A stretch of 32,000 nucleotides of DNA from Sandaracinaceae bacterium. GTDB lineage: Bacteria > Myxococcota_A > Polyangia > Polyangiales > Sandaracinaceae. Below are positions 8,922 to 19,199 of the stretch, piece by piece; position 1 is the first letter of the stretch; each line of letters opens with the position of its first letter. The stretch lies in assembly GCA_019637095.1 (NCBI GenBank), contig JAHBWG010000023.1:39145-71144 (forward strand), in the 5' to 3' direction. The notes below the pieces were generated by a model. That model was not told where the DNA came from. It worked only from the letters and a program-made list of their open reading frames with translations, and did no database searches. The position numbers and the translations under genes were made by a program.

Positions 8922-9631
8922 GTGTCCTCCAAGAGGCCGACCTCGGCCGCCTCGACCTCGAGCCGCGCCAGCTCCTGGCGCGTGCGCTCGTGCCGCGTCC
9001 GCGTCCAGATGAGCCACGCCACCAGCGCGGTGAACGCGCCGATGCTGAAGAGCAGCGTCTGCAACATCTCGGGCGCGAGCCCGCCGCCCTGCGACGTGAT
9101 CACCGTCGGGTGCGTGCCGCGCCAGCGCTGCACCGAGTAGTGGATGATCGGCAGCACGAACAGCCCGACGATCGCGAGCGCCGACGCGAAGCGCCGCTCC
9201 GCCTCGCCCGCGTCGCCGAACGAGCGCAAGACGACGTACGCGGCGAAGATCATCCCGGCGAGCATCGTCGTGGTGAGCCGCGGGTCCCACGTCCACCAGA
9301 CGCCCCACGCCTTTCGCGCCCAGAGCGGGCCGGTGATCAGGACGATGAGGCAGAACAAGAGCCCGATCTCCGCGCCCGCGACGGCGACCGCGTCCCAGCG
9401 CTCGGTGCGCCGCACGAGGTAGCCCGCCGAGGCGATCCCGCAGATCGCGAACCCGACGTACATCGCGTACGCGCTCGGGACGTGGAAGTAGAAGATCTTC
9501 TGCACGATCCCCATGCGCAGCTCGACCGGCGCATAGATGAAGATCATGTAGAGGTCGGCCAAGAGGAGCGCCGCGGTCAGCGCGCCCAGGCCCAGCCAGA
9601 TCGGCGACGGTCGCGTGGCGGGGGTGCTCAT
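8918..9631 (-). CDS. ccmC: Heme exporter protein CcmC (cytochrome c maturation system I)
   Basis: 237-aa polytopic protein carrying the tryptophan-rich heme-handling motif 'WGVWWTWDPRLT' and conserved His residues ('FYFHVP', 'IIHYSV'). Confidence 0.9.
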   Translation of the reverse strand: MSTPATRPSPIWLGLGALTAALLLADLYMIFIYAPVELRMGIVQKIFYFHVPSAYAMYVGFAICGIASAGYLVRRTERWDAVAVAGAEIGLLFCLIVLITGPLWARKAWGVWWTWDPRLTTTMLAGMIFAAYVVLRSFGDAGEAERRFASALAIVGLFVLPIIHYSVQRWRGTHPTVITSQGGGLAPEMLQTLLFSIGAFTALVAWLIWTRTRHERTRQELARLEVEAAEVGLLEDT

Positions 9632-9659
9632 CGGCGTCCGAAGGGTATACCCCGCGTCG

Positions 9660-10802
9660 ATGACATGGGAAGCGTGGCTCGAGGTCGTGGAGGAGGTCGC
9701 GCCGCGCGTGCTCGGCCCGGCGGACCGGCGCGGCGACGCCCTCGCCGCCGAGGTGAGGCGGCTGAGCGAGCTCTACACGCGCGAGCGCCACGCGCTCGAC
9801 GCGGCGGCGGCGGCCCACGCCGCGCGGCTGCGCTTCTTCTTCCTGCGCGACCTGCCCAAGATCGAGGGGCCGCTCGCCGAGCTCGAGGGCGCGCTGCCCG
9901 AGGGCCCGCGCTGGCGCGTGCTCGACGTCGGCGCGGGGCTCGGCGCGAGCTGCCTCGGCGTCGCGGCCTTCGCGAAGCGCCGCGGGGTCGAGCGCGTCGA
10001 GGTGATCGCGCTCGAGCGCGACCCGGCGGCGCTCGACGCGCTCGAGGCGCTCGCCCGCGCGGCGCACCGGCGAGGCCTCGTGCCCGAGCTCGTGATCGAC
10101 GCGCGCCGCGCCGACGTCGACGGGCTCGAGCTCGGGACCCTGCCCAAGGCGGACCTCGTGGTCGCGGGGTTCGTGCTCAACGAGCTGTTCCGCGACCGCG
10201 ACGAGGTGGACCGGCTCGACGCCGCCGAGGGCCTCTTGCGCGCGCTCGTCGGCCGCCTCGCGCCGGGCGGCAGCGCGATCGTGCTCGAGCCCGCGCTGCG
10301 CACGGAGGCCCGCGCGCTCCAGGCGTTGCGCGACCGGCTGGCCGCGCAGGTCTACGCGCCCTGCCTGCGCGCGGGCGAGTGCCCGCTCACGCGCCGCGAG
10401 CGCGACTGGTGCCACGCCGCGCTGCCGCTCGAGCTGCCCCCTGCCCTCGCCGCGCTCGCGCTGCGCGCCGGCCTGCGGGCGAGCCGCCTCACGTACGCGT
10501 ACCTCACGCTGCGCGCGGACGGCCGCCGCCTCGCGGGCTACGAGGACCCGCGCGCGGTGCGCGTCGTCGGCGGCCCGGTCGAGAGCAAGGGCAAGGCGGA
10601 GTGGGACGCGTGCGGCGCCGCCGGCCTCGTGCGCCTGCGGCGCCTCGACCGCGAACGCGGCCCCGACAACGCCGCCCTCGACGGCGCGCTCCGCGGCACG
10701 CTCCTGCGGCTCGCGAGCGCGCCCGAGGACGGCGCGAGCGTGCGCGCGCGCGCGGGCGTCCCGATCGAGCGGATCGGCCCGGTGGCACGCCCCGGCACGT
10801 GA
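9660..10802 (+). CDS. Rsm22-like SAM-dependent methyltransferase
   Basis: SAM motif I 'VLDVGAGLGAS', 'VVAGFVLNEL', and a C-terminal Cys cluster 'APCLRAGECPLTRRERDWCH' as in Rsm22-family proteins. ATG 9660 is chosen over GTG 9615, which would overlap ccmC. Confidence 0.7.
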   Translation: MTWEAWLEVVEEVAPRVLGPADRRGDALAAEVRRLSELYTRERHALDAAAAAHAARLRFFFLRDLPKIEGPLAELEGALPEGPRWRVLDVGAGLGASCLGVAAFAKRRGVERVEVIALERDPAALDALEALARAAHRRGLVPELVIDARRADVDGLELGTLPKADLVVAGFVLNELFRDRDEVDRLDAAEGLLRALVGRLAPGGSAIVLEPALRTEARALQALRDRLAAQVYAPCLRAGECPLTRRERDWCHAALPLELPPALAALALRAGLRASRLTYAYLTLRADGRRLAGYEDPRAVRVVGGPVESKGKAEWDACGAAGLVRLRRLDRERGPDNAALDGALRGTLLRLASAPEDGASVRARAGVPIERIGPVARPGT

Positions 10803-10833
10803 TCGAGCCGGCGGGGAGCCGCGCCTCGCACCC

Positions 10834-10849
10834 TGGCATGCGGCTCGCT
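10834..10849 (+). promoter_or_regulatory. Candidate sigma-54 (-24/-12) promoter upstream of the DUF2330 gene
   Basis: TGGCATgcggcTCGCT against consensus TGGCAC-N5-TTGCW, with correct GG-N10-GC spacing. The predicted TSS (~10860) would leave only about 3 nt of leader before ATG 10863, which weakens the call. Confidence 0.25.
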
Positions 10850-10862
10850 ACGATGAGCGCTC

Positions 10863-12137
10863 ATGACCAAGCGCCTCTGCGTCGCGCTGTGCGCGTGCGC
10901 CCTCGCGGGCCTGCCCCTCGCGCCCGCGCCTGCCGCTGCGTGCGGCGGCTTCTTCATGCCGCCGACCGGCTCGCCGAGCCCGGTGACGCGGCATCGCATG
11001 GCGATCTCGATGTCGATGCACGAGACGACCCTCTGGGATCAGATCCAGTACGAGGGCGCGCCGGAGGACTTCGTGTGGGTGCTGCCCGTCGCGGGCGGCG
11101 TACCGGTCGAGCTCGCGGACAACGCGTTCTTCGAGGCGCTCGAGCAGCACACGACGATCGTGATGGAGGCGCCGCTCCCGCCGCGCACGTTCTGCAACGA
11201 CCCTTGCGGGGGCTTCTTCGGCGCGGCCGCGGAGTCGGGGGACTTCCGCGGCGGCCCGATGAGCGGCGAGGTGACCGTCCACCACCAGGGCGCGATCGGC
11301 CCGTACGAGACGGCGACCATCGGCTCGGACGACCCCGACGCGCTCGTGGCGTGGCTGCGCGAGCACCACTACGGGGTGCCGGACGAGGTCCTGCCGATCA
11401 TCGCGCACTACACGGCGCAGGGGCTGGACTTCGCGGTGCTGCGCCTCTCCTCCAACTTCGGGGTCGACCGGATGCAGCCGGTGCGCGTGACGGTGCCGGG
11501 CTTCGGCACGAGCTTCCCGCTGCGCATGGTCGCGGCGGGCGTCGAGGGCTCGGTCGGCCTCGAGCTCTTCGTCTTCGGCGAGGGGCGCTACGGGCCGATG
11601 AACTTCGCGTCGGCCGAGGTCGACCGCGACGCGCTCACCTACGACTGGGCGAGCGGGACCTTCGACTACGAGGCGCGCTACGCCGCGGCGCAGGCGACGG
11701 CCGACGGACGCGTCTGGATCACCGAGTTCGCCGCGCCGGCACCGGCGTCCATCGGCTCGTGGACGAGCGTGTCGCCGCGGGGCGAGTACCACTACGCGGC
11801 CGAGGACTGGAGGGTCGCGACGCGCCACGTCCCGGACCCGTACCTCACGCGGCTCACCGCCGATCTTCGCGTCGAGCACCTCGACGAGGACCTGATCCTC
11901 GGAGCGGTCGCGGGCGGTGACCTCGAGGCCCGGATCCGCGTGACCCGCGAGCTCAACCGCGCGCGCGACGTCGCGTGCCCGACGACGTGCACCGAGCCCT
12001 ACGGCGCCGGCGGCACGCTGCGCGGCGACGGCCGCGGCGACGGGCTCTGCGCCACGAGCCCGGCGCGTCCGGGGCCGTGGGGCCTCTCGGTCGTCCTCGC
12101 GCTCGCCGGCCTCGCGCTGGCCCTGCGCCGCCGCTGA
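10863..12137 (+). CDS. DUF2330-family secreted protein with an N-terminal lipobox-like Cys and a MYXO-CTERM-type C-terminal tail
   Basis: Signal peptide ends '...APAAAC-GGFF', and I recall ACGGFF as a DUF2330 hallmark. The last 33 aa, 'GDGLCATSPARPGPWGLSVVLALAGLALALRRR', show the Cys / TM / RRR pattern of the GC_trans_RRR sorting signal. Confidence 0.75.
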   Translation: MTKRLCVALCACALAGLPLAPAPAAACGGFFMPPTGSPSPVTRHRMAISMSMHETTLWDQIQYEGAPEDFVWVLPVAGGVPVELADNAFFEALEQHTTIVMEAPLPPRTFCNDPCGGFFGAAAESGDFRGGPMSGEVTVHHQGAIGPYETATIGSDDPDALVAWLREHHYGVPDEVLPIIAHYTAQGLDFAVLRLSSNFGVDRMQPVRVTVPGFGTSFPLRMVAAGVEGSVGLELFVFGEGRYGPMNFASAEVDRDALTYDWASGTFDYEARYAAAQATADGRVWITEFAAPAPASIGSWTSVSPRGEYHYAAEDWRVATRHVPDPYLTRLTADLRVEHLDEDLILGAVAGGDLEARIRVTRELNRARDVACPTTCTEPYGAGGTLRGDGRGDGLCATSPARPGPWGLSVVLALAGLALALRRR

Positions 12138-12180
12138 CGCGCTCGCAGACCGTCGATCGATCGAGCGGCCCCTCCAGCGA

Positions 12181-13302
12181 TCACAGCACCTTGACGCGCG
12201 TCTGCTCGGCCCGCTGCGCCTCGGTGAGGGCGCCGGTCTCGCGGTACGCGAGGTGCTCCTCCCACTTGCGTACGGTCAGCTCGTTGAAGCGCTTCACCAT
12301 CGGGTTCGGCTCCGGGATCGGCCGGTGGCCGTGGAGGAACCAGCTCTTCTGCTCCTCCTCGACGGTGAAGCCGTCCTGCCGGAAGATCTCCTTCGCGACC
12401 GGCGCGAGCAGCGGGATCGCGACCCGCTGGAACAGCGCCTTGGGCACGCCGCGCGGCGGCTCCCAGAGCTGGTAGGTGAACACCTTGGTGTGCGTGTCGT
12501 CGATCGGCAACATGAAGTTCGTCGAGCGGATCCGCTCGTTCGAGAGCGCCGATTGGTACGGGTAGTCGTAGATCATGAACGTGTCGCTGAGGTTCTCGCC
12601 CTTGCTGCGGCGGAACACCGGCGACGTGAACGGGTGCAACAGATCGCGGCGCAGGTCGTGCTCCCAGCGCAGCGTGAGGCGGTCGCCCTCGGCGGACGAG
12701 TCCGCCAGGATCGTGTCGCCGTACGGCACCCAGCGGCCGTGCACCCAGAGGTGGGTGAGGTTGCAGAGGTTGTCGATGATCATCGAGTGGTGCGCCGCCC
12801 ACGTGTAGGCGAAGCGCATCGACGGCCACTCGTCGGCGTGCGGGATCTCGACGAGCGGCGTGATCTTCGCGAGCTCGGGGTCCCCCGGGAAGAACCACAC
12901 GATCCCGTACTTCTCGCGGACCGGGTAGCTCGCGATGGAGATGACGGGGAGCTTCTTGCCGAAGTCGTCGTGCTTGAAGCCGGCGAGGCGCCCGTCCGGC
13001 TCGAACGTCCAGCCGTGGTAGAGGCACACGACGCGGCAGCCCTCGACCGAGCCGTGCGAGAGCTTGATCTGGCGGTGAGGGCAGCGGTTCTCGACCGCGT
13101 GCGCGGTCCCGTCCTCGGCGCGGTACACGGCGATCGACTCGCCCATGAACGTCACGTCGAGGAGCTGCTTCTTCTTCACCTCGCCGCTGAACGCGGCCGG
13201 ATACCAGTGGTTCGGGCTCATCCCGGCCTCGCGGGCGCGACGCGCGAGCGAGGCGGGCGCGGGGTCGTTTCCCGAGACGGCGCGGGAGACAGGCGTGCTC
13301 AC
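12181..13302 (-). CDS. Rieske [2Fe-2S] non-heme iron oxygenase, alpha-subunit type
   Basis: Rieske motif 'CPHRQIKLSHG...CLYHGW'. Mononuclear-iron-like 'DNLCNLTHLWVHG'. Start is uncertain: GTG 13302 or ATG 13221. The ORF-track start at 13362 would leave only 5 nt to the divergent EBP gene. Confidence 0.8.
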   Translation of the reverse strand: MSTPVSRAVSGNDPAPASLARRAREAGMSPNHWYPAAFSGEVKKKQLLDVTFMGESIAVYRAEDGTAHAVENRCPHRQIKLSHGSVEGCRVVCLYHGWTFEPDGRLAGFKHDDFGKKLPVISIASYPVREKYGIVWFFPGDPELAKITPLVEIPHADEWPSMRFAYTWAAHHSMIIDNLCNLTHLWVHGRWVPYGDTILADSSAEGDRLTLRWEHDLRRDLLHPFTSPVFRRSKGENLSDTFMIYDYPYQSALSNERIRSTNFMLPIDDTHTKVFTYQLWEPPRGVPKALFQRVAIPLLAPVAKEIFRQDGFTVEEEQKSWFLHGHRPIPEPNPMVKRFNELTVRKWEEHLAYRETGALTEAQRAEQTRVKVL

Positions 13303-13367
13303 GGCCCCCGGTGTACCCACCGCGGGGCCGGTTGCCAATCGGAAGCTGCTCGGGATAAGCACCGGCC

Positions 13368-14732
<1,365 letters not shown>

Positions 14733-14754
14733 CGCGCCCAGTAGCCTCGCGCCT

Positions 14755-15324
14755 TCACCGCGCCCAGGGGTCGCGGATCTCGGAGCCTTCGGCGGGCGGC
14801 GCGGGCTCCGGCGCCGGGCGCGCGGCCGGCGGAGCCTCGAGCGCGATGGTGGGGACCTCCGCGCCGGGCTCGCTCGGGACGCGGATGAAGGGGACGTTGC
14901 ACCCCGCGTGGCAGCCGTTGCAGCTGCCGCTCGCGGTGGCGAGCTCGCGCGCGAACGCCTCGGCGTCCTGGCCGTGCGCGGCGGCGCGCAGCGCCGGGAG
15001 CTGGCGCAGGAGGCTCTCGTACATGCCGTCCGCGACCGCGTCGTTGCAGTCCCCGGGGAGCGCCGCGCGCGTCATGTCGGCGTCGAACATCTCGAGGATC
15101 TCCTGGACCTGGTACTCGGCGTAGCCCCAGTTGCGCGCCTGGGCCGCACGGCCGGCGCTCTCGAAGCGATGGCCGACCTCGAACATGACGTGGCCGATCC
15201 GCAGGTTCGGATCGACCCCCGGCGCGGGCGCGCCCTCCTCGGGCTTGTCGTCCTCGGCGCCGGGCTCCGCCTCGCAGGCGAACAGCGCGAGGCCGCACAG
15301 CCAAACGATCGCGTGTCGGCTCAC
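14755..15324 (-). CDS. Lipoprotein with a single CXXCH heme-binding motif late in a helical region (class II / cytochrome c-prime-like topology)
   Basis: GTG 15324 overlaps the kinase stop (GTGA). Lipobox 'LALFAC'. 'CNGCH' is encoded at 14908..14922. The predicted helical region upstream resembles the four-helix cytochrome c-prime layout, and a Pro/Ala-rich tail follows. Only the last 189 aa of ORF 14755..18051 are credible. Confidence 0.6.
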   Translation of the reverse strand: MSRHAIVWLCGLALFACEAEPGAEDDKPEEGAPAPGVDPNLRIGHVMFEVGHRFESAGRAAQARNWGYAEYQVQEILEMFDADMTRAALPGDCNDAVADGMYESLLRQLPALRAAAHGQDAEAFARELATASGSCNGCHAGCNVPFIRVPSEPGAEVPTIALEAPPAARPAPEPAPPAEGSEIRDPWAR

Positions 15325-18300
15325 GTCCCCTCCCCATCGAGCTCGATCAGGCGCCGGTTCGTCGCCACCTCCACGAGGAACCGCGCGCGCCAGTCCACGT
15401 CCGCGATGCGGCCGGCCAGGAACTCGAGCCGGCTCGCGCCTCGCGCGACCACCTCGCTCGCGCGCGCCGCGTGCCCCGTCGCGCGCAGCGCCTCGGCGAG
15501 CGCGAGGAAGAGCTCCGCCTCGTCCTCCTCCATCGTGCCGATCTCGTCGCGCAGGGCCATCGCGCGCTCCGCGTCCTCGAGCGCGGCGTCCGCGTCGTCG
15601 CCGGCGAGCGCCGCGCGCGACGCGATGGCGAGCGCGCTCGCCTCGATCGCGGGGACCTGCGTCTCGCGCGCCGCGCGGGCGACGCGGCGCGCCTCCTCGG
15701 CGACCTCGAGCGGCGGCTCGCGCAGGAGCAGCGCGCGGGCGCGGTACGCGCGCACCGCGAGCGCGAGGCGCGGCTGGTCGAGCGCGCGCGCCGCCTCGAG
15801 CGCGGCGTCGAACGCGGCGAGCGCCTCGTCGAGCCGCGCCTGCCCCGCGAGCGCGTAGCCGAGGTTCGCCTGGGCGTAGCCCTCGACGACGCGGTTGCCG
15901 ACGCGGCGGCACGACTCGAGCGCCGCGCGCAGCGAGGCCTCGGCTTCGTCGTAGGCGCCGATGCGGTTGAACGTGTCGGCGAGGTTCACCTCGCACGCGG
16001 CGGCGCGGCGCAGATCCCCGATCGCGCGGTAGCGCTCGATCGCGTCCTGCATCGCGATCTTGCGGCGGTGCAGGTCGCCCAGCGCGGTGTAGAGCTGGCC
16101 GCGCCAGGTCGCGACGAGCGCCGCCGTCTCCGGCGAGACGTCGTCGAGGCTCGACGCCTCGCCGATCACCTCGGCCGCCTCCGTCACGCGCCCCGCGTAG
16201 AGGAGCACCCAGCCGTGGCGGGCGAGCGCGATCGCGAGCGTCTCGCGGTCGCCGACCGCGCGCGCGACGGCGACGCCCTCGGTCGTCAGGCGCAGGCCCT
16301 CGTCGGTCTGGCCCGCGGAGGCGACGAGGCTTCCGTCGAGGCTCAGCGCGGCGGCGCGCTGCGTGTCGTCGACCGCGCACGCGAGCGCGGCGTCGAGGGC
16401 CGCGCGTCGCGCGTCTTTGTCGCCGCCGAAGGAGAGCGCGTCCGCGCGCGCGAGGTGCAGCTCGCACGCGGTCTCTCCCTCCACGCCGAGCTCGAGCGCG
16501 CGATCGGCGCAGCGCAGCACGCTCGAGCCGTCCCCGCGCACCGACGCCTCGAAGGCCGCCTGCGCGTAGGCGGCGGCGGCCCGCTCGGGCTCGCCGCCGA
16601 GCGCGAGGTGACGCGCGAGCTCCTCGCGGTCGACGCCCGGCGCGCGCTCGAGGAACGCCGCCGCCATGCGGTGCAGCTCGCCGCGCGCCTCGTCGGTGTT
16701 CATCCGGTAGGCGACGTCGGCGACGAGCGAGCTGCGGAACCGGTAGACGTGCCCCTCGACCCCGCCGCGCCTCGCGCTCACGAGGCCGCGCTTGGCGAGC
16801 GCGCCGAGGTGCCGCGCCGGCTCGGTCAGCTCGAGCGCCTCGAGCGCCGGCTCGCTGAACGCGGTCGCGAACACCGACGCCTTCTTGCAGAGCTGCTTCT
16901 CGGGCGCGGGCAGGTGATCGAGGCGCGACTGCACCGCGCCCTCGACGTCGAGCGGGATCGGGAGCTCGGCGAGCTCGCGGTCGAGGAGATCCTGCTCGAC
17001 GAGCTCGCGCACGATCTGCTCGACGAAGAACGGGTTGCCGCCGGTCCGCGCGGCGATCTCCTGCGTGAGCGCCGCGGGGACGTCGCGGCCCGCGATCGCC
17101 GCGGCCGCCGTCGCGACCTCGGCCGCGCTCAGCCCGTGCGGCTCGATGCGCCGCAGGTCGCGCCCGGCGAAGAGGTCCGGCCGCGCCTCCGCGAGCTCGG
17201 GGCGCGACGCGACGAACACCAGGAGCGGCCGCGAGGCGAGGCGGTCGAGCAGGTCGTCGAGCAGCGCGAGCGACGGCGCGTCCGCCCACTGCGCGTCGTC
17301 GAGCACGATCGCGAGCGGCGCGCGCGCGAGCTCCGAGAGCACGTCGGCGAGCGAGACGCGCAGGCGGTCCGCGAGCAGCTGCGGGTCGCTGCGCCGCGTG
17401 CCCGCCGCGTCGAGCCCGATCGGCAGGCCGAGCAGGCGCCCGAGCGGCTCGATGCACTGGCGCGCCCAGGTCGCGTCCGCGAGCACGCGCTCGAGCAGCT
17501 CGCGCAGCGCCCGCTCGCGCCGCCCGGGCGAGACGCCGGCGTTGGTGAAGAACGGCTCGAGCGTCGCCTCGCTCCGCAGGAGCTGCGCGAACGCGTGGTA
17601 GGCCGCGTCGCGCCGGTGGGACTCGCACCGCGCGGAGAGCACCGTCACCTCCCCGCGCGCGGCGAGGCGTCGCTCGAGCTCGGCGCGCAGGCGCGTCTTG
17701 CCGATGCCGGGCGGGCCGCTCACCCAGATCGCTGTGGCGTGCGGCGTCGCGAACGCGCTCTCGATCGCGCGCTCCATCGCGGCGAGCTCCGCGTCGCGCC
17801 CGAGGAGCGGGAGATCCTCCCGCAGCGACGGGAAGTTGCCCGTCTCGCGGCGCGTGAGCGCGCGGGGGACCTCGAACAGCGCGTCGCCGACGGGGACGAG
17901 CTCGAACTGCGCGCGGAGCTGGCGGGCCGCCGCCGCGTCGACCGCGACGCCCGCGACCTTCGCCGCGACCGCGCGCTCGACCGCCGTCACCGCCTCGCCG
18001 CTCACCGTGCCACCGCGCCCGGTCGCGCGCCCCGTCGAGACCGCCACCCACGCGACCGCGTCGCGCGCCTCGAGCGCCGCGCGCACCGCGCGGCTCGCCT
18101 CGTCGCCCTCGTAGGTGCGCCCGCCGAAGACGCCGATCGCGCCGCCGAGCATCGGGATCAGCTCGCCGCCGAGCTCCTCGACGACCGCGCGCACCCGCTC
18201 GAGATCGCGCACCTCGCTCGCGAGCAAGAGCGCGACGACGCGCCGCTCGTCCTCCGGGATCGTCGCCGTCAGCGCGGCCGGCGCCTCCGTCACGAGGCTC

Positions 18301-19112
18301 GCGGCGAGGTCGATCCCCTCGAGCGCGCGCAGGAGCTCCTCGGCGCTGCTCACCCGCGCGGTCGGGCTCTTCACGAGGCAGCTCGCGACGATCTCCGCGA
18401 GCCCGCGCGGCAGGCCGTCGGCGCGCTCGAGCGGCGGCGCCTCCTCGAGCACGACGGCGAGGATCGTCGCGACCGCCGTCTGCCGCATGAACGGGTTCTG
18501 CCCCGAGAGCGCCTGGTACAAGATCACGCCGAGCGACCAGAGGTCGGCGGCCGGCGCGATGTTCACGTCGCCCTTGGCCTGCTCGGGCGAGAGGAAGCCC
18601 GGCGTGCCGATCACGGAGCCGGCCATCGTGAGCTGCGGGCCCGCCTGGCTCATCGGCCGCGCGATCCCGAAGTCGAGGATCTTCACGGCGCCGTCCTCGC
18701 AGCAGAACACGTTGCCGGGCTTCAGATCGCGGTGGACGATCCCGCGCGCGTGCGCGGCGGCGAGCCCGGCGCAGATCTGCTTCGCGATGCCGAGCACCTG
18801 CGCGGCGGGCAGCGGCGCGCTCTCGAGCACCGTGGACAGCGGCCGGCCGACGAGCAGTTCGAACGCGATGTAGGAGACCCCGTCGTCCCGGCCTGCATCG
18901 ATGACGCGCACGACGTTGGGGTGCTCGATGCGGATCGTCCCCTCGCGGTGGAAGCGCTCGACGGTCTCGCGGCTGTCGACGTGCGGCGCGAGGAGCTTGA
19001 GCGCGACCTCGGCGCCGTCCGGCCCGACCGCGCGGTAGACCGTGCCGAAGCCGCCGGAGCCGATGACGGCGCCGAGGCGGAACGGTCCGACGGTCTCGGT
19101 GCGGCGCGCCAC
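15321..19112 (-). CDS. Multidomain Ser/Thr protein kinase: Hanks kinase + degenerate cyclase-homology-like region + STAND/AAA_16 P-loop NTPase + TPR array
   Basis: 'GSGGFGTVY', 'VALK', 'HRDLKPGN', 'DFGIA' and 'GTPGFLSPE'. Next comes 'ERRVVALLLASEV...', which resembles a class III cyclase start. Then 'LLGRDAELAAM...VSGPPGIGKTRL' and 'LAIVLDDAQWAD'. A long TPR-like C-terminus follows. The GTG start at 19112 is tentative, because the ORF-track N-terminal 390 aa are shadow sequence. Confidence 0.85.
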   Translation of the reverse strand: MARRTETVGPFRLGAVIGSGGFGTVYRAVGPDGAEVALKLLAPHVDSRETVERFHREGTIRIEHPNVVRVIDAGRDDGVSYIAFELLVGRPLSTVLESAPLPAAQVLGIAKQICAGLAAAHARGIVHRDLKPGNVFCCEDGAVKILDFGIARPMSQAGPQLTMAGSVIGTPGFLSPEQAKGDVNIAPAADLWSLGVILYQALSGQNPFMRQTAVATILAVVLEEAPPLERADGLPRGLAEIVASCLVKSPTARVSSAEELLRALEGIDLAASLVTEAPAALTATIPEDERRVVALLLASEVRDLERVRAVVEELGGELIPMLGGAIGVFGGRTYEGDEASRAVRAALEARDAVAWVAVSTGRATGRGGTVSGEAVTAVERAVAAKVAGVAVDAAAARQLRAQFELVPVGDALFEVPRALTRRETGNFPSLREDLPLLGRDAELAAMERAIESAFATPHATAIWVSGPPGIGKTRLRAELERRLAARGEVTVLSARCESHRRDAAYHAFAQLLRSEATLEPFFTNAGVSPGRRERALRELLERVLADATWARQCIEPLGRLLGLPIGLDAAGTRRSDPQLLADRLRVSLADVLSELARAPLAIVLDDAQWADAPSLALLDDLLDRLASRPLLVFVASRPELAEARPDLFAGRDLRRIEPHGLSAAEVATAAAAIAGRDVPAALTQEIAARTGGNPFFVEQIVRELVEQDLLDRELAELPIPLDVEGAVQSRLDHLPAPEKQLCKKASVFATAFSEPALEALELTEPARHLGALAKRGLVSARRGGVEGHVYRFRSSLVADVAYRMNTDEARGELHRMAAAFLERAPGVDREELARHLALGGEPERAAAAYAQAAFEASVRGDGSSVLRCADRALELGVEGETACELHLARADALSFGGDKDARRAALDAALACAVDDTQRAAALSLDGSLVASAGQTDEGLRLTTEGVAVARAVGDRETLAIALARHGWVLLYAGRVTEAAEVIGEASSLDDVSPETAALVATWRGQLYTALGDLHRRKIAMQDAIERYRAIGDLRRAAACEVNLADTFNRIGAYDEAEASLRAALESCRRVGNRVVEGYAQANLGYALAGQARLDEALAAFDAALEAARALDQPRLALAVRAYRARALLLREPPLEVAEEARRVARAARETQVPAIEASALAIASRAALAGDDADAALEDAERAMALRDEIGTMEEDEAELFLALAEALRATGHAARASEVVARGASRLEFLAGRIADVDWRARFLVEVATNRRLIELDGEGT

Positions 19113-19199
19113 GCCCCGTTTGGTACCGCGTTCCGGGGGGCGGACGCCAGAGGCGGGGTCGCGTTGAGCGGGCGCCCGGCGCCTGGTACGGATGGCCCC

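Noticed and set aside
12153-12164. 12-nt palindrome TCGATCGATCGA between the convergent DUF2330 and Rieske genes
   Set aside because: It is short, sits within a weak 6-bp-stem hairpin (CGCTCG...CGAGCG) and has no repeat partner in the window. It is most simply part of a weak terminator region and is not distinctive enough to claim a function.
13322-13337. Sigma-54-like motif TGGCAAccggccCCGC on the minus strand upstream of the Rieske oxygenase
   Set aside because: The GG-to-GC spacing is one nucleotide too long by my count, and the -12 region lacks TTGC. Sigma-54 is intolerant of spacing changes.
15471-19199. The 5' 1243 codons of the 1637-aa + strand ORF, antisense to the Ser/Thr kinase
   Set aside because: Only the last 394 codons (from ATG 19200) have a recognisable FAD-oxidoreductase sequence. 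The remainder is Arg/Ala/Glu-rich mirror sequence of the kinase gene, which itself carries unambiguous Hanks and P-loop motifs.
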